Shown here: positions 26,090-39,102 of the stretch, in pieces | Position numbering within the stretch: the stretch's first letter is position 1 | Layout of the letters: each line of letters begins with the position of its first letter | Origin: Octopus bimaculoides | Lineage: Eukaryota | Assembly (NCBI RefSeq): GCF_001194135.2 | Contig: NC_069001.1 | Location: 11,791,307-11,843,688, forward strand | DNA length: 52,382 nucleotides | Direction: 5' to 3' | Translations under genes and position numbers: made by a program | Notes under the pieces: model-generated | Database searches by the model: none | What the model saw: the letters and a program-made list of their open reading frames with translations, nothing else | What the model was told of the DNA's origin: nothing

Positions 26090-26431
26090 CAAGTGTAATT
26101 AGATACATAGTTATGTAATTAGATAACTAAATATATTGATAGATAGATATATATACATAAATAAATAAACATGTATGTATGGAAATCAATAAATCGATAT
26201 GTTATTTATCACAAGAAAGCATGGTGAACAACAGGCAGTCGCCTCACTTTGTTTGAGAGGGAATATTTGTCAATAGGTGATCAACAATGTTAGGTCATTA
26301 GCGCCATTGTCTCACTTTATACCTCCACTAAAACACACACAACCACACGTATTTACATACACTCAATCAAAACTCTCATATGCAACCACACTCATTCACA
26401 CGCACACAAATATATATATATATATATACAC

Positions 26432-26460
26432 ACTAAGAATGCAGCCCGGTGTTGCCCGGG
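26432..26460 (+). mobile_element. Possible non-autonomous Helitron/Helentron-type terminus
   Basis: ACTA...CCCGGTGTTGCCCGGG next to (TA)n resembles such termini; the other end was not found. Confidence 0.3.
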
Positions 26461-26604
26461 TGTTATGACATAGAGCCACATAGCATTATTTGTTCCTTTC
26501 TTATAAGCAGAATCGTTACACGAGGAGTATGAAGCAAGCAACTCTTCTTTATAACCTTGTTTGTCAGTCAATTTAGGATTAACAAAGCTGCAGTTTCCGC
26601 CTAG

Positions 26605-26712
26605 CGAATTCAATCTGCATTTGGCATAGGGCTATAGTAGAAAGCACTTGCCCAAGGTACCATGTAGAGGGACTAAAACTTGGAACCATGTGGCTGGGAA
26701 GCATTCTTGCAC
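26605..26712 (-). mobile_element. SINE family A 5' part
   Basis: GGCTATAGTAGAAAGCACTTGCCCAAGGTACCATG...GGAACCATGTGGCTGGGAAGC. Confidence 0.8.
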
Positions 26713-26718
26713 CTAATA

Positions 26719-26786
<68 letters not shown>

Positions 26787-27164
26787 AGTGTGTGTGAGTG
26801 TGTGTGAATTAGCGAAACAAAATCGACCAAGGTGTTGCAAAGAGGGACATGCATTTTATGTTAATTTTCTGGTCTCATTCGTGTTTCACTTGGGATCATT
26901 CTTTGACTTATATACAACATGCACCACCCCGCTTTATTTAGAACAACGGGAATATGTGCAATATGTTATTTAGATGTGTGTATATCGTGAGAGATGCACT
27001 GAATAAGTCAGAGAGATACAATGTATCGTATACGGTGTGTAGATTAATATATAATTTGTGAGGTAGAATCTGTATCTTCCATTAAGACTGTTTGTTCATA
27101 CGAGTGTGTCTCTGTGCGTGCGTGTATGTATCTGTGTGTGTGTGCGTGCGCGTACATGTGTATT

Positions 27165-27330
27165 CATACATAGCTGGCTTCCCCTTGCAGAACTTGACAA
27201 CTTCTTGTACAAACAGTTGCTCTCTTCTTGCGTGAGATTTTAAATGACTTCTGAGCCCTGAAAGGCATTCGAAGAGCTGGTCACAATTACTGCTGCAGCA
27301 TCTCATATCAGCGTTGTCTCCATTTTACGT
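27165..27330 (-). pseudogene. C2H2 zinc-finger coding relic, probably the 3' end of an RTE-type LINE ORF2
   Basis: CCSSNCDQLFECLSGLRSHLKSH fits C-x4-C-x3-F-x5-L-x2-H-x3-H. There is an in-frame stop 7 codons upstream of the Met and no polypyrimidine acceptor; a microsatellite follows. Confidence 0.5.
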
Positions 27331-27932
27331 TTGTTCATTATGAATGGTCGAGTGCCACCTCAATCCTCCACCTAGGTTGAAGATGTTTGACAGGCATGGC
27401 ATTAAAATTGGTCATCCAGAATGACATTCCAAAGTTCAAGTATCCCTTAACCGCATGGGCTCACAGGTCTCATCAAATGCCAGTTTGCAATTTGCATTCA
27501 TTTGTGCGTAAGGGAAATTTAAAGGGAGAGATAGAAATAATCTCAACGCTATTGATATCTAATAACATTTTTACAAACTACTCTTTTCGTTTCACGTTGC
27601 TTAACTCTGACAAGTTTAACGTCGATCCAAATTGTTGCTCTCCATGTTTGCAAGCGATTCAAGAATTTTGAATCATAATTTAAGATGTTTCTAATTGATT
27701 TAAAGAGTGTTCATTTCTTTTCTACGGCTCACTATATTTTGTCTTTCTCAATATAAAACCACCGTAAATCATTTGTTTGGGGACGCATTCATCAGCCATA
27801 ACGATGAGATGTTTTGTTCATATGCATACATACATACATGTGTAGACAACTGGAAAAATGTTTTCCTAGGGGCTAAAAGACATTAACATCGTCCTCATAT
27901 AGGACTGCCACATTGTGCTGGCAAATAATCTT

Positions 27933-27973
<41 letters not shown>

Positions 27974-28736
27974 TAAGATTACATAGAAACAAAATAAACC
28001 AGTTAACATTAGCGAAATTCAGTGAAAAGATTTCCATGGGCCACAAACCTATACCAGGTCCATTTGAAAGCCAACAGACACACACGGGCAGACATGCACA
28101 CAGGCACAAACAAATAAACATACAAATATGTATACACACACGCACACACATATATATATATACACACAAACATATATCCATATGTATGCATGTATGTATA
28201 TCACTGAATGTAAATATATGGTTGTATCTATACAATATGCTTATTTTCAGACATAAAAACACAAACTTTCAGTATATTCAGGGTACTCTTGGGACAAAAT
28301 ATATCTGTAAACACGTAGAGTTCACCAAACTCATAGCAATTTATAGAAATACTTATATAACGGCTACGTATATACATACTCAAGTGTGCTTTTCCTCTCT
28401 ATCTATGTATCTATTCATACAATAATATGTGTGCATACATTTATGTATGTATGTATGTATGCCAGTATATATATATGTGTGTGTGTGTGTATACATTTGT
28501 ATACTTCAGCCTCTTTGAACTTATCCATCTCTGTCTGTTAGTCTGTGTGAGTGCTTGTGTGTCAGTGTTTTTCTGTGTGTGTGTCTATGTGCCTGTGTGT
28601 ATTTTCGTGGTTTTCTCTATGTGTGTTTTTTCAGCGATGTACTTTTTACCTACGCATGTTTGTTTATAACTTGTGTATAAACACACATAAAAACCTACAC
28701 AAATACATATACATATATACATACTTCTACATATAC

Positions 28737-28783
<47 letters not shown>

Positions 28784-29283
28784 CTCTACACCCTATTACT
28801 GAAGCAAAAGTATATGAGTGTGTATGTTTGTTTGCTTGTGTGTGTGTGTGTGTGTGCGTGTACGAGCAGTGAAAGTGAGACCAAGCTAAATTTACGATGT
28901 TTAGTTATTTACACATTATCTGCTCTAGTCATCTTTTTTCCATTTTCTAATTATCTCTTCACAACCTATCAGATACAAATATATTACCAGCACTAGCTAG
29001 CAATGAACTGTTAATATAAATCCTTCAAACAGCTTAACAACCTCATTATCGCACGGCCACTAGAAGCACTATCACCGCCATCTTAGCTTCATGTGTATTA
29101 TTTATATTTTCTCTCGACGTTGTTTTGTTTGCTGTTAACTTGAATTTATTTTCTAAAATTTTAATACGAAATAGAAGTGCGGGTATTTTTACGCTCGGAA
29201 AGGCAGTTAATTGCTTTTCGATAATGCGTGTGACATATGGCTGTATGCTTGTATGTAAATATAAATTATGCTTATGTTTATAT

Positions 29284-29337
<54 letters not shown>

Positions 29338-30779
29338 NNNNNNNNNNNNNNNNNNNNNNNNNNNNNNNNNNNNNNNNNNNNNNNNNNNNNNNNNNNNNNN
29401 NNNNNNNNNNNNNNNNNNNNNNNNNNNNNNNNNNNNNNNNNNNNNNNNNNNNNNNNNNNNNNNNNNNNNNNNNNNNNNNNNNNNNNNNNNNNNNNNNNNN
29501 NNNNNNNNNNNNNNNNNNNNNNNNNNNNNNNNNNNNNNNNNNNNNNNNNNNNNNNNNNNNNNNNNNNNNNNNNNNNNNNNNNNNNNNNNNNNNNNNNNNN
29601 NNNNNNNNNNNNNNNNNNNNNNNNNNNNNNNNNNNNNNNNNNNNNNNNNNNNNNNNNNNNNNNNNNNNNNNNNNNNNNNNNNNNNNNNNNNNNNNNNNNN
29701 NNNNNNNNNNNNNNNNNNNNNNNNNNNNNNNNNNNNNNNNNNNNNNNNNNNNNNNNNNNNNNNNNNNNNNNNNNNNNNNNNNNNNNNNNNNNNNNNNNNN
29801 NNNNNNNNNNNNNNNNNNNNNNNNNNNNNNNNNNNNNNNNNNNNNNNNNNNNNNNNNNNNNNNNNNNNNNNNNNNNNNNNNNNNNNNNNNNNNNNNNNNN
29901 NNNNNNNNNNNNNNNNNNNNNNNNNNNNNNNNNNNNNNNNNNNNNNNNNNNNNNNNNNNNNNNNNNNNNNNNNNNNNNNNNNNNNNNNNNNNNNNNNNNN
30001 NNNNNNNNNNNNNNNNNNNNNNNNNNNAAAATCATTTATACATATGTATCAAAGATTTATGCCTTTTCCATTCACCTCACTTGACTCAGTACACAATTTG
30101 AATACAACGGATTGTTTATGAAGTAAATAGACCCATAATCTTCTTCGAGAAACACAATAAATTTCGGATAGAAAAAATCTCCTATATTCCTACAATGCTT
30201 GTCAACAGTATAGAAATTATGGCAACCTGGATTAAAGCGTATTGACAGCTCTTTGGGTCTAGTCTAATCTATAATGCAATCATTTTCCTCTTTCGCTTAC
30301 AATGAACAAATGTAAACTCCCAAACCTTTATGCTCTCCACATGCGCGATGCGATTTATGGCAGACGTGTCTCAGCGATGCGATTAGCGGATTTAAACAGA
30401 TTTTCGATGCTGGTAACGATTCCTTGTAACATCTGGATTTATAATTTCACTTTAAGCTGTCCCTCTCCGTATACATTATACATATAGCCGCCAACGCATG
30501 GTCTTTCTACACACTTTGATTTTGGGGTGTTTTTGTTGTTTTTCTTTTGCCTTTTACCTCAGATTGAAGATAATAACACTCTTGTAAGTGTATTTTCTGT
30601 TATTTATTAATTAGGCGATTCAGGTAAATTAAGTAAACTTAATACGACTGATATTTTGATCATCACGTCGAATGTTTGTATTTTGGAGAAAGATGTCTAG
30701 AATCTAGAAGCGTAATATAGGAAGATGCTTTTTAATCTAACCGTCCAACCATCCGTACAACCGGATGTCCACCTATCCA

Positions 30780-31596
30780 TGTATCCAGGTGAAGAGGAAC
30801 GGGAGACGAGCAACGGTTGGGTGGGTGCGGGGAGAGAAAGCAGAGGCACAACCATGGTGCGTACCCTGGCAAAAGCTGTGTGGATAGAAGTGAGAGTATA
30901 TACACAAAAGTGGAGGCGCAATGGCCCAGTGGTTGTGGCAGCGGACTCGAGGTAATAGGATCGTGGTTTCGATTCCCAGACCGGGCGTTGTGAGTGTTTA
31001 TAGAGCGATAAACACCTAAAGCTCCAAGAGGCTCCAGCAAGGGATGGTGGAGAAAATCTTGCTGTACTCTTTCACCTCAACTTTCTCTCACTCTTACTTC
31101 CTGTTTCTGTTGTGCCTGTAATTCAAAGGGTCAGCCTTGTCACAGTCTGTGTCACGCTGAATATCCCCGAGAACTACGTTAAGAGTACACGTGTCTGTGG
31201 AGTGCTCAGCCACTTGCACGTTAATTTCACGAGCAGGCTGTTCCGTTGATCGGATCAACAGGAACCCTCGACGCCATAAGCGACGGAGTGCCAACACTAT
31301 ATACACGAAGAATGAGGTGGCGAGCTATGAGTTGAGAATCTGTCTCAAAGTCATGGCTGTCACTGCAGAGCCTGCGCAGACCGAAGAATTGGGAATAGGG
31401 GAAGGAGAGATTGGTGTGGATAGGGTGGGAGGAGGAGAAGTTAGTGTATGGGTGTGAGTCGTAGAGTTTGTGTTGGTTGGGGGTAGTGAGAGCGGAGTGG
31501 TGTACACTGACAGAAATGTCGAGAAATGGGACGGAAGTGCTCGAAATAGTGCAGTAGAATTCAAGGACAGGATGGACAGAAGAGACGAAAGGTCTA
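30780..31596 (-). mobile_element. Penelope-like retroelement ORF fragment (RT thumb/linker) split by a SINE
   Basis: VHPVLEFYCTISSTSVPFLDISVSVHHSALTT...SSSHPIHTNLSFPYSQFFGLRRLCSDSHDFET...LILRVY continues beyond the SINE as TLTSIHTAFARVRTM. This fits the PLE pattern FLD...SSHP...PYSQ.LRLRRICS...RGYP. Confidence 0.85.
30912..31296 (+). mobile_element. Full-length tRNA(Arg)-like SINE with 13-14-bp TSD
   Basis: Same family as 3549-3930; flanks are TATATACACAAAAG (30897-30910) and TATATACACGAAG (31298-31310). Confidence 0.9.
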
Positions 31597-31604
31597 GTTG
31601 TTTG

Positions 31605-31850
31605 TGGCACTCTGTCGGTTAAGACGACGTCTGTTTCATTTGATTCGATCAACGGAACAGCCTCCGCATGGAATTAACGTGCAAGTGGCTAAGCACTCCA
31701 CAGATGCACGAACCTTGAATGCGATAGGCAAGCACCTTTTTGCTACCTGAGTGGACTGGAGCAACGTGGAATAAAGTGGCTTGCTCAAGGAGACAACCTG
31801 CCGCCGGGAATCGAACGCACCGCTTTTCGATCATGAGCGACGTGCATTCA
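31605..31850 (-). mobile_element. SINE with family C-like head and the shared 3' tail
   Basis: Minus strand: GTTCGATTCCCGGC...CTTGAGCAAGCCACTTTATTCCACGTTGCTCCAGTCCACTCAG..., then GTGGAGTGCTTAGCCACTTGCACGTTAATT...CCGACAGAGTGCCA. Confidence 0.8.
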
Positions 31851-32110
31851 CACACACAAACACACACACACACACACATGCACACACACTCATAAATAGA
31901 CACACGTATATGCATGTGTATGTATATTGTTTGATTAATGTACTTTTATACACACTAACATATATACCCATATATATGTGTGTNNNNNNNNNNNNNNNNN
32001 NNNNNNNNNNNNNNNNNNNNNNNNNNNNNNNNNNNNNNNNNNNNNNNNNNNNNNNNNNNNNNNNNNNNNNNNNNNNNNNNNNNNNNNNNNNNNNNNNNNN
32101 NNNNNNNNNN

Positions 32111-32149
<39 letters not shown>

Positions 32150-33341
32150 ATACATATATATATACATATATGTACACACGCACATAATAACATATACATA
32201 TACATATATAGATACATACATACATACATACATACACAAATAAATGAATAATGAATATGTAGGTTGGTAGGTAGATAGATTGATTGATAGACATATTAAT
32301 GTAAAGATAAAATCTCATAATGCAAATGAACATTCATTTCAATGTTAATATGATTTTATGTAACGGAGAAGATTGAAAACAATTCTATTAGAAATGTATT
32401 AAACTCCATACTCATGCAAAACAGATATCTACACGGAGAAAATAGATAATGAAACGGATATTAAAACCAATGTTATATATGTTGGATCACGGATCCAATG
32501 CGTTAAATATGTGAAATACTAGTTTAAATCGTTTCCAACGGTGCAACACGAATCAGAATTGGACTATTCTCAGTGGTGAAGGAGAAAAAGGAAGAAGAGG
32601 ATTGAGGGGAGTAGGGGGCGAGAGAGGCAGAAACTGACAGACAAGGACAGAGAAAAAGAGAGAAGAGAGACAGAGAGAGAAAGGGAGAGTAAGATAGAGG
32701 AGAGTGGTGAGAGAGGAAGGTGAGGAGAGAGAGGAGAACAACCTGTAGAGAAATTTGCTCCCTTATACATTTCCTTTGCTGTGGAGCGATGTCGAATAAT
32801 TTCTGATTGTGCAATAAATATGTTATTGTTTTTTTCATTTTTTACTGAATTCCATCAGAAGAATCGCTAGCTAATCCATCCATTACTAACGTAACTTTGC
32901 AAAATCTTATGAATTAATAAAAATCTTAAATATATGAAGTCTTGTGGTTGTTACTTAGCCATACGTCAACGGTGGTGGTGATTTTCCTATCACATTCATA
33001 GCGATTTCTTACTTCCTTTCACAGCAAACTTACCTCAGCTGTTGAATATTTCGCTGGCAAATTAGAATCCACAATGTCATCTCAGAAATATAATCATATT
33101 GATCATGCTGACTACCAGCAATTTGTAATATGTTTTGGCATTTATAAAATGGTTCAGATCTTTTCACATTGCTTAAAACATATATAACATTTCGTTACAG
33201 ATTTAAGTTTTCTTAGCGAAGACAAATATATAATGTATTTCATAATTGGGAAGCTCTCACGCTTAGTCGAACGATTGAGACCTACATTCAATCGGAAAGA
33301 ATATTTAATTACTACATGATAGTCTCCACATGTATTCATGA

Positions 33342-33390
33342 GTGCGTTAGTAAGTATTGTGCGTTAGAGAATATTGTGCGTTAGTAAGTT
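33342..33390. repeat. 17-bp tandem repeat x3 (GTGCGTTAGTAAGTATT)
   Basis: Units start at 33342, 33359 and 33376. Confidence 0.85.
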
Positions 33391-35289
33391 CGTGTGTGTA
33401 TGTGTGTGTGCGTGAGTGTGTGTGAGTGTGCGTATGGTTGTGTGCATGTGTATGTTTGTTTGTGAAAGCGTAGCTGTGCAATTTCGTGTTTGTGTAATTG
33501 CATTTAATTGTACGCTTGTAAAGACGTCCATGTAACGGTGTACACACGTTATTTTGTGACAGAATGTGCTTGTGTAGTTGTGTGATTGTATTTGTGTGCT
33601 TTCGTATGTGCATCTGTATTTGTGTGTAGAAATGCAGTTTTGTGTTTGTTTCGGTGTATCTATCTGTACGTTTTTAATGGTATGACACAGTATGTAGACG
33701 TTTAAATGTGGGTGTCTCTGTTTCTGCACATGTGCCGCTGTATACTGTATATGTTTCTATGTAAATGCTTGTCTAAACCTAAGTATATATTTCTACCTGT
33801 GCGTGCTTGTGAGTGTGTGGGTGAATGCGTGTACATGTGCAAGTACGTGTGATTATATCTCTACGTAAACTTGAAGCTGGATATGAATGTTCATGTGTGC
33901 GTGTGTGTTTGTGTGTGTGTATGTGTGTGCGTGTGAATGAGAGTGTTTTTTGTGTATGTGGCACTATGTGTGTATGTATGTGCCTATCTGTGTGTTTGTG
34001 TTTAGGTATTCGTAATATATGTAATCGTACACATATGTATATGAGTACACGCACATACACATACTCATGCACACACGCGCACTCTCACACACATACACAC
34101 ACACACCCACACATATATATATGCATATATTTATATATTTATATACGCGTGTAGATATAACTATGCTTACATGTATATAATGTTGAATATGTCTACGCAT
34201 GCGTGTGGTTGTGTATGTTTGTATGTTTGTGTGCACAGGTGAAGGTTGTTATCAGCTGAATCTAATTCTCAAGTCTTAGGTGACTCTAAGTCTACCACTT
34301 AGAGTCATTGCTGTTGTTGTTGTTGTTGGTGTAGTTGTTTTCGTTCATGACGATGACGATACCAATGATAGTGATGAAAATCATGTTAATTGCCATTGAT
34401 GTTGTTACTGTTGTTGTTTATTAAATTAAAACGCTATTAATTTGACAGAACAATAAACAGTTAGATACTTTGAGAAGTTTTAATGAAAATGTCACCAATG
34501 GGTTTTCATGGAATCGCACTTGAAGGGTTATTGCAATGTTCACACCATTCACGCACATTTTAAAATAAATATACACGCGCACCCACAAACACATATACAC
34601 ACATATATAATTATATACACACATAGTGTTGGTGTCCTTTTGAATATCGGATAGATTGCTTCGCAATAATCGTTCTGGTTCTCTACGCTGCGAGATCAAA
34701 TGCTTCTAACGACAGCTTTGTGTTCATAATTTCAGACCGGTACATTATGAACTATTTCTGTAGAGGGGTCGACATTTCATTTCCTCTCACGTTATTTATT
34801 TTTTCTGTCAATGTTCCCTGCGGTTTTCGTACACATATGCATACATACAGGCACGTTCCATGTTCACGAGAGACTAAGTGGTTTCTGTAAATATGTAATA
34901 CCGCGGCCTGCTGGTCAGCTGTTTAACGCAAAACCTGTGGTCATTTACAAAGAGGATCTTTGTAAAACACTCTGGCACCTAGTTAGAAGGAACGCGTAAA
35001 TCGTAAATATTGGCACGTTACCATTTAGCATAGAAGTGACAAATGCAGAACGCTTAAAGAAAGGAATAGTAATAGATCAATAAAAGTATTTATCAATAAA
35101 ATTCACTTTGTTCAATTACAGAATTTAGAACAAGACAAGTGCCACACAAACACAACACTCGTAGCAACGTACGTTATTTATGGTATACGATAAATAGATA
35201 AGTATGTGAGTGTATGTTTAAATTTACGTATGCGCATATATAAGATAATGACAGGAATGCACCATCTACACATACATGCACACACACAC

Positions 35290-35363
<74 letters not shown>

Positions 35364-35735
35364 GCTAAAATAACGTAACAACATTTTTTTCTGCTAATAT
35401 TTTTCCAATTTAATGATTAGATATTTACAAATCGTATCTCAAATTTCTCAATATGTAAACAGGTATGAAAGTGTTCACAATCATATAAGAAACAAATCTA
35501 AACGAAAATTGATGTTTGAGCTATCATAATTACCATTACGACAATCTTGAATCCTCGAGAAAACATCAACAAAACACTATCTTGTGAATCAAAACTACGT
35601 ATACTAAGACAATTGTATTTTATACCTATTTACGCATTCAGGATATTACAACGCGACTTGTAGAAAGCAAGTAAACATCTATCATTAAAGAAAAAAAAAT
35701 GTAAATTTCAAATGTGAATTACTGTATTATGGATT

Positions 35736-35947
35736 ATTCTTTACTCTCTTACTTGTTTCAATCAAGTGACTGTGGCCATGCTGGAGCACCGCCTTTAGTC
35801 GAGCAAATCGACCCTAGGACTTTATTCTTTGAAAGCTTAGTAATCATTGTATCGGTCTTTTTTTCCGAACCCCTACGTTACGGGGACGTAAACACACCAG
35901 CACCTGTTGTCAAGCGATGTTGTGGGGACAAACACAGACACACAAAC

Positions 35948-36015
<68 letters not shown>

Positions 36016-36092
36016 GACGGGCTTCTTTCAGTTTCCGTCTACCAAATCCACTCCCAAGGCTTTGGTCGGCCCATGTGGTTCGTAAGCAAGCT
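35736..36092 (-). mobile_element. SINE family A with internal (CA)/(TA) microsatellite and a 5' deletion
   Basis: Colinear with 5-298; GACGGGCTTCTTTCAGTTTCCGTCTACCAAATCCAC. Confidence 0.9.
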
Positions 36093-37333
36093 ACTTATCA
36101 CACATACACACACATTACATCCATATATACATAATATATATATATATACCAGAGTAAGCACATAAATGTGAAACAAAGTGGAAATTGTAGTACTCGAATA
36201 GCGCATGTAGAGTAATATTCTCTATTGATAAACCTGCAAAGATATCACAGGAGCTCTTACTCAGAGTTTTACGTTCCCGTTCATTGGAGAGTTTTGTTCG
36301 CTGAACGGCAATGTGAAACTCTGAGCAACAGGTTTTGTGATGTCTCTGCAGCTTTATTTATAAAATGTATATATGTGTATATATATAATCGGTAAGAGCA
36401 GGGAATGCGTAGTATAGACACCACATAGTTTAAGGATTTCTGCTTAAACAATAAGGTCTTTGACGGGGGTAGATTTTGTAGCAACTAGAATGAATATAGG
36501 AACAATTGAAAATCGAGCAGGTGATATGGAGAACGAAATAATAGAGACAAAGACATTTTGGTTTCATATAAATGTATTTACATTTTCGTTGTTCTTTGTA
36601 AATACATTTATAACAAATCCGACCATGTTAATTTCCATTACTACCTACACAAACACACACTCACACACACATATAAATGCTGCATACATGTATGTATATG
36701 TATGCATTTATGGATGTGTATTTTAAATTCGGTACCATAAAGATTACATGTTGCCCTGTTTCGACCTAGGATAAACAGAATATTTTCTAAATCATTCTTA
36801 ACCGAAATAAGCCTAACAGCATAAACAATACAAGTGGAGAATTGCTTTTCTTACTTTACTTGGATTCAGTTTCGACATGAAATCCCTTGGAAATCAAGCC
36901 ACGATGTTAGATCTAATCACAAAGATCTTGTCTATAAATAAAAGTGAAACACGTAATGACCTGAAAACTTTCTAGAACCTTAGAAATATGCAGAAAATTT
37001 ACTTCCAGGCTTTTCTTTTATATCTCGTAGAAAGAGAAAAGGAAGTATCTTATTAAGACTTCAACCGAAGGACAAGATCAGAAGCATCCAGAATAAATAT
37101 AAACCTCGTAATGTGTCTTCAAAAGCCAAACTCTGCTCGTTCAACTCTCATCTATGTATATACTTATCTGCCTGTATATTCACCTATCTCAGGTTGCCTA
37201 TTTGCATGTCTAATTGTCTGTTTATCTGTGTATTTGTATATGCAATTATGTATATATATATATATAATGTATGCATGTATCAGTCAATCGTTATCTTTTC
37301 GTTTGTCTATGTTTATATCACGTCTGCTCTTCA

Positions 37334-37396
<63 letters not shown>

Positions 37397-38024
37397 NNNN
37401 NNNNNNNNNNNNNNNNNNNNNNNNNNNNNNNNNNNNNNNNNNNNNNNNNNNNNNNNNNNNNNNNNNNNNNNNNNNNNNNNNNNNNNNNNNNNNNNNNNNN
37501 NNNNNNNNNNNNNNNNNNNNNNNNNNNNNNNNNNNNNNNNNNNNNNNNNNNNNNNNNNNNNNNNNNNNNNNNNNNNNNNNNNNNNNNNNNNNNNNNNNNN
37601 NNNNNNNNNNNNNNNNNNNNNNNNNNNNNNNTGATAAAAAAAAAATATTCAGACACATACATAACAAAAACATCAGGACTTACAAATATATATAACATAC
37701 AGAAAATTGCACTACTGGGTACTGCACACATTCTACGCAAAACACTTTCAATACAGTAAACATAAGAGCATCACAGCAAACCACAGCACATACCCAAGGA
37801 GCACAGAGCTGCGCTCGGTAGTGAAGTGAAAGCACGTTATAAAAATAAAACTACTGAACAATAATCATAATAATAATATTGAGAAGCAGAGAAATGAGAA
37901 ACCATTGCTCAAACTAATAATTTAACATTTTTTTTTTTTTTAACTTAAAGATAATTAAAATCTTTCCATTTTCCGGCAGGAAAAAAATGTTTGATAATCA
38001 AATTCACTTACACGCACACACACG

Positions 38025-38046
38025 TGTCTATCTATCTCTCTATCTC

Positions 38047-38087
<41 letters not shown>

Positions 38088-38129
38088 TTAACTATCTATC
38101 CATCTATCTATCCATCTATCCATCTATCC

Positions 38130-38175
<46 letters not shown>

Positions 38176-38192
38176 TCATCTATCTATCTAGT
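38025..38192. repeat. (TCTA/TCCA)n tetranucleotide microsatellite
   Basis: Direct reading. Confidence 0.95.
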
Positions 38193-38589
38193 ATGGAATC
38201 CATCAATCTAACTCCATGTACATATAAAGAAATTTGTGGCATATTTTAACTTCTAAATGTAAGTTCAATCTACCCAGCGCTTTCCACCAGCGATTTCTCA
38301 GGTGTATATTTCTGGGTCTTTAGATATTCATAATGGGAAATACCAAACAGAGATCTCTCTTTCACTGTCGGCAGTTTCCAAACTGTAACATTACTGATTG
38401 AATTGCGCCGAGTAGTGGTTAGAAACAAATGAGCTAGAAGTTTGAAATATATCAGAAATATATTTTAATTAACCCAAAGTTCAATGATTCCAAGCCACTG
38501 CCTAGCCCTACTGGCGAGTGACACATACATGCACACACGCACACACAGATATTGAAAAATATACTCATTTGCACATATATATATATACA

Positions 38590-38750
38590 CAGGTGTGACC
38601 GTGTGGTAAGAAGCTTCTTTCCCAGCTAGTTGCTACCTGGTTCAGTCCCATTGCGTGCCACCTTGGGTTAGTGTCTTCTACTGTAGCCTCGGGCCGACCA
38701 AAACCTTATCAGTGGATTTGGTAGACGGAAACTGAAAGAAGTACGTCGTG
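38590..38750 (+). mobile_element. SINE family A 5' half
   Basis: GTGTGGTAAGAAGCTT...GGTTCAGTCCCA...GATTTGGTAGACGGAAACTGAAAGAAG. Confidence 0.85.
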
Positions 38751-38801
38751 TATACATACATGCATGCATAAATATAAATATAAATATAAATATATATATA
38801 T

Positions 38802-39008
38802 AATTAAACCTTGGGAGAGGAATTATGCCGGTAATAAACACACGCACTGGTTCGGTCCTTTATTAAATTATATAGTTTTTTGTTAAATTATTTCATTGCA
38901 CTCTTGCAATCTCTTCAGTAACTTGTCTCTCCACTTCCATTTATTAATAAAGGACTGAACCAGTGCGTGTGTTTATTACCGGCATAATGCCTCTCCCAAG
39001 GTTTAATT
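38802..39008. repeat. 207-bp fold-back: 65-bp inverted arms (63/65) around a 77-bp spacer
   Basis: 38802-38866 is the reverse complement of 38944-39008 with 2 differences. Confidence 0.95.
38882..38922 (-). ncRNA. Minimal type I hammerhead ribozyme motif, canonical core
   Basis: Minus strand GTTA-CTGAAGA-G-ATTGCA-AGAG-TGCAAT-GAAA-TAAT-T-TAAC: 4-bp stem I, CUGANGA, 6-bp stem II, GAAA, AUU triplet. Confidence 0.7.
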
Positions 39009-39066
39009 GTATTTCTTTCAACACACGTATCCACATCAAGAATCTTGCACACGAAATACACATACG

Positions 39067-39102
<36 letters not shown>

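Noticed and set aside
34721-34751. 9-bp hairpin GTTCATAAT/ATTATGAAC
   Set aside because: Short and AT-rich; expected by chance.
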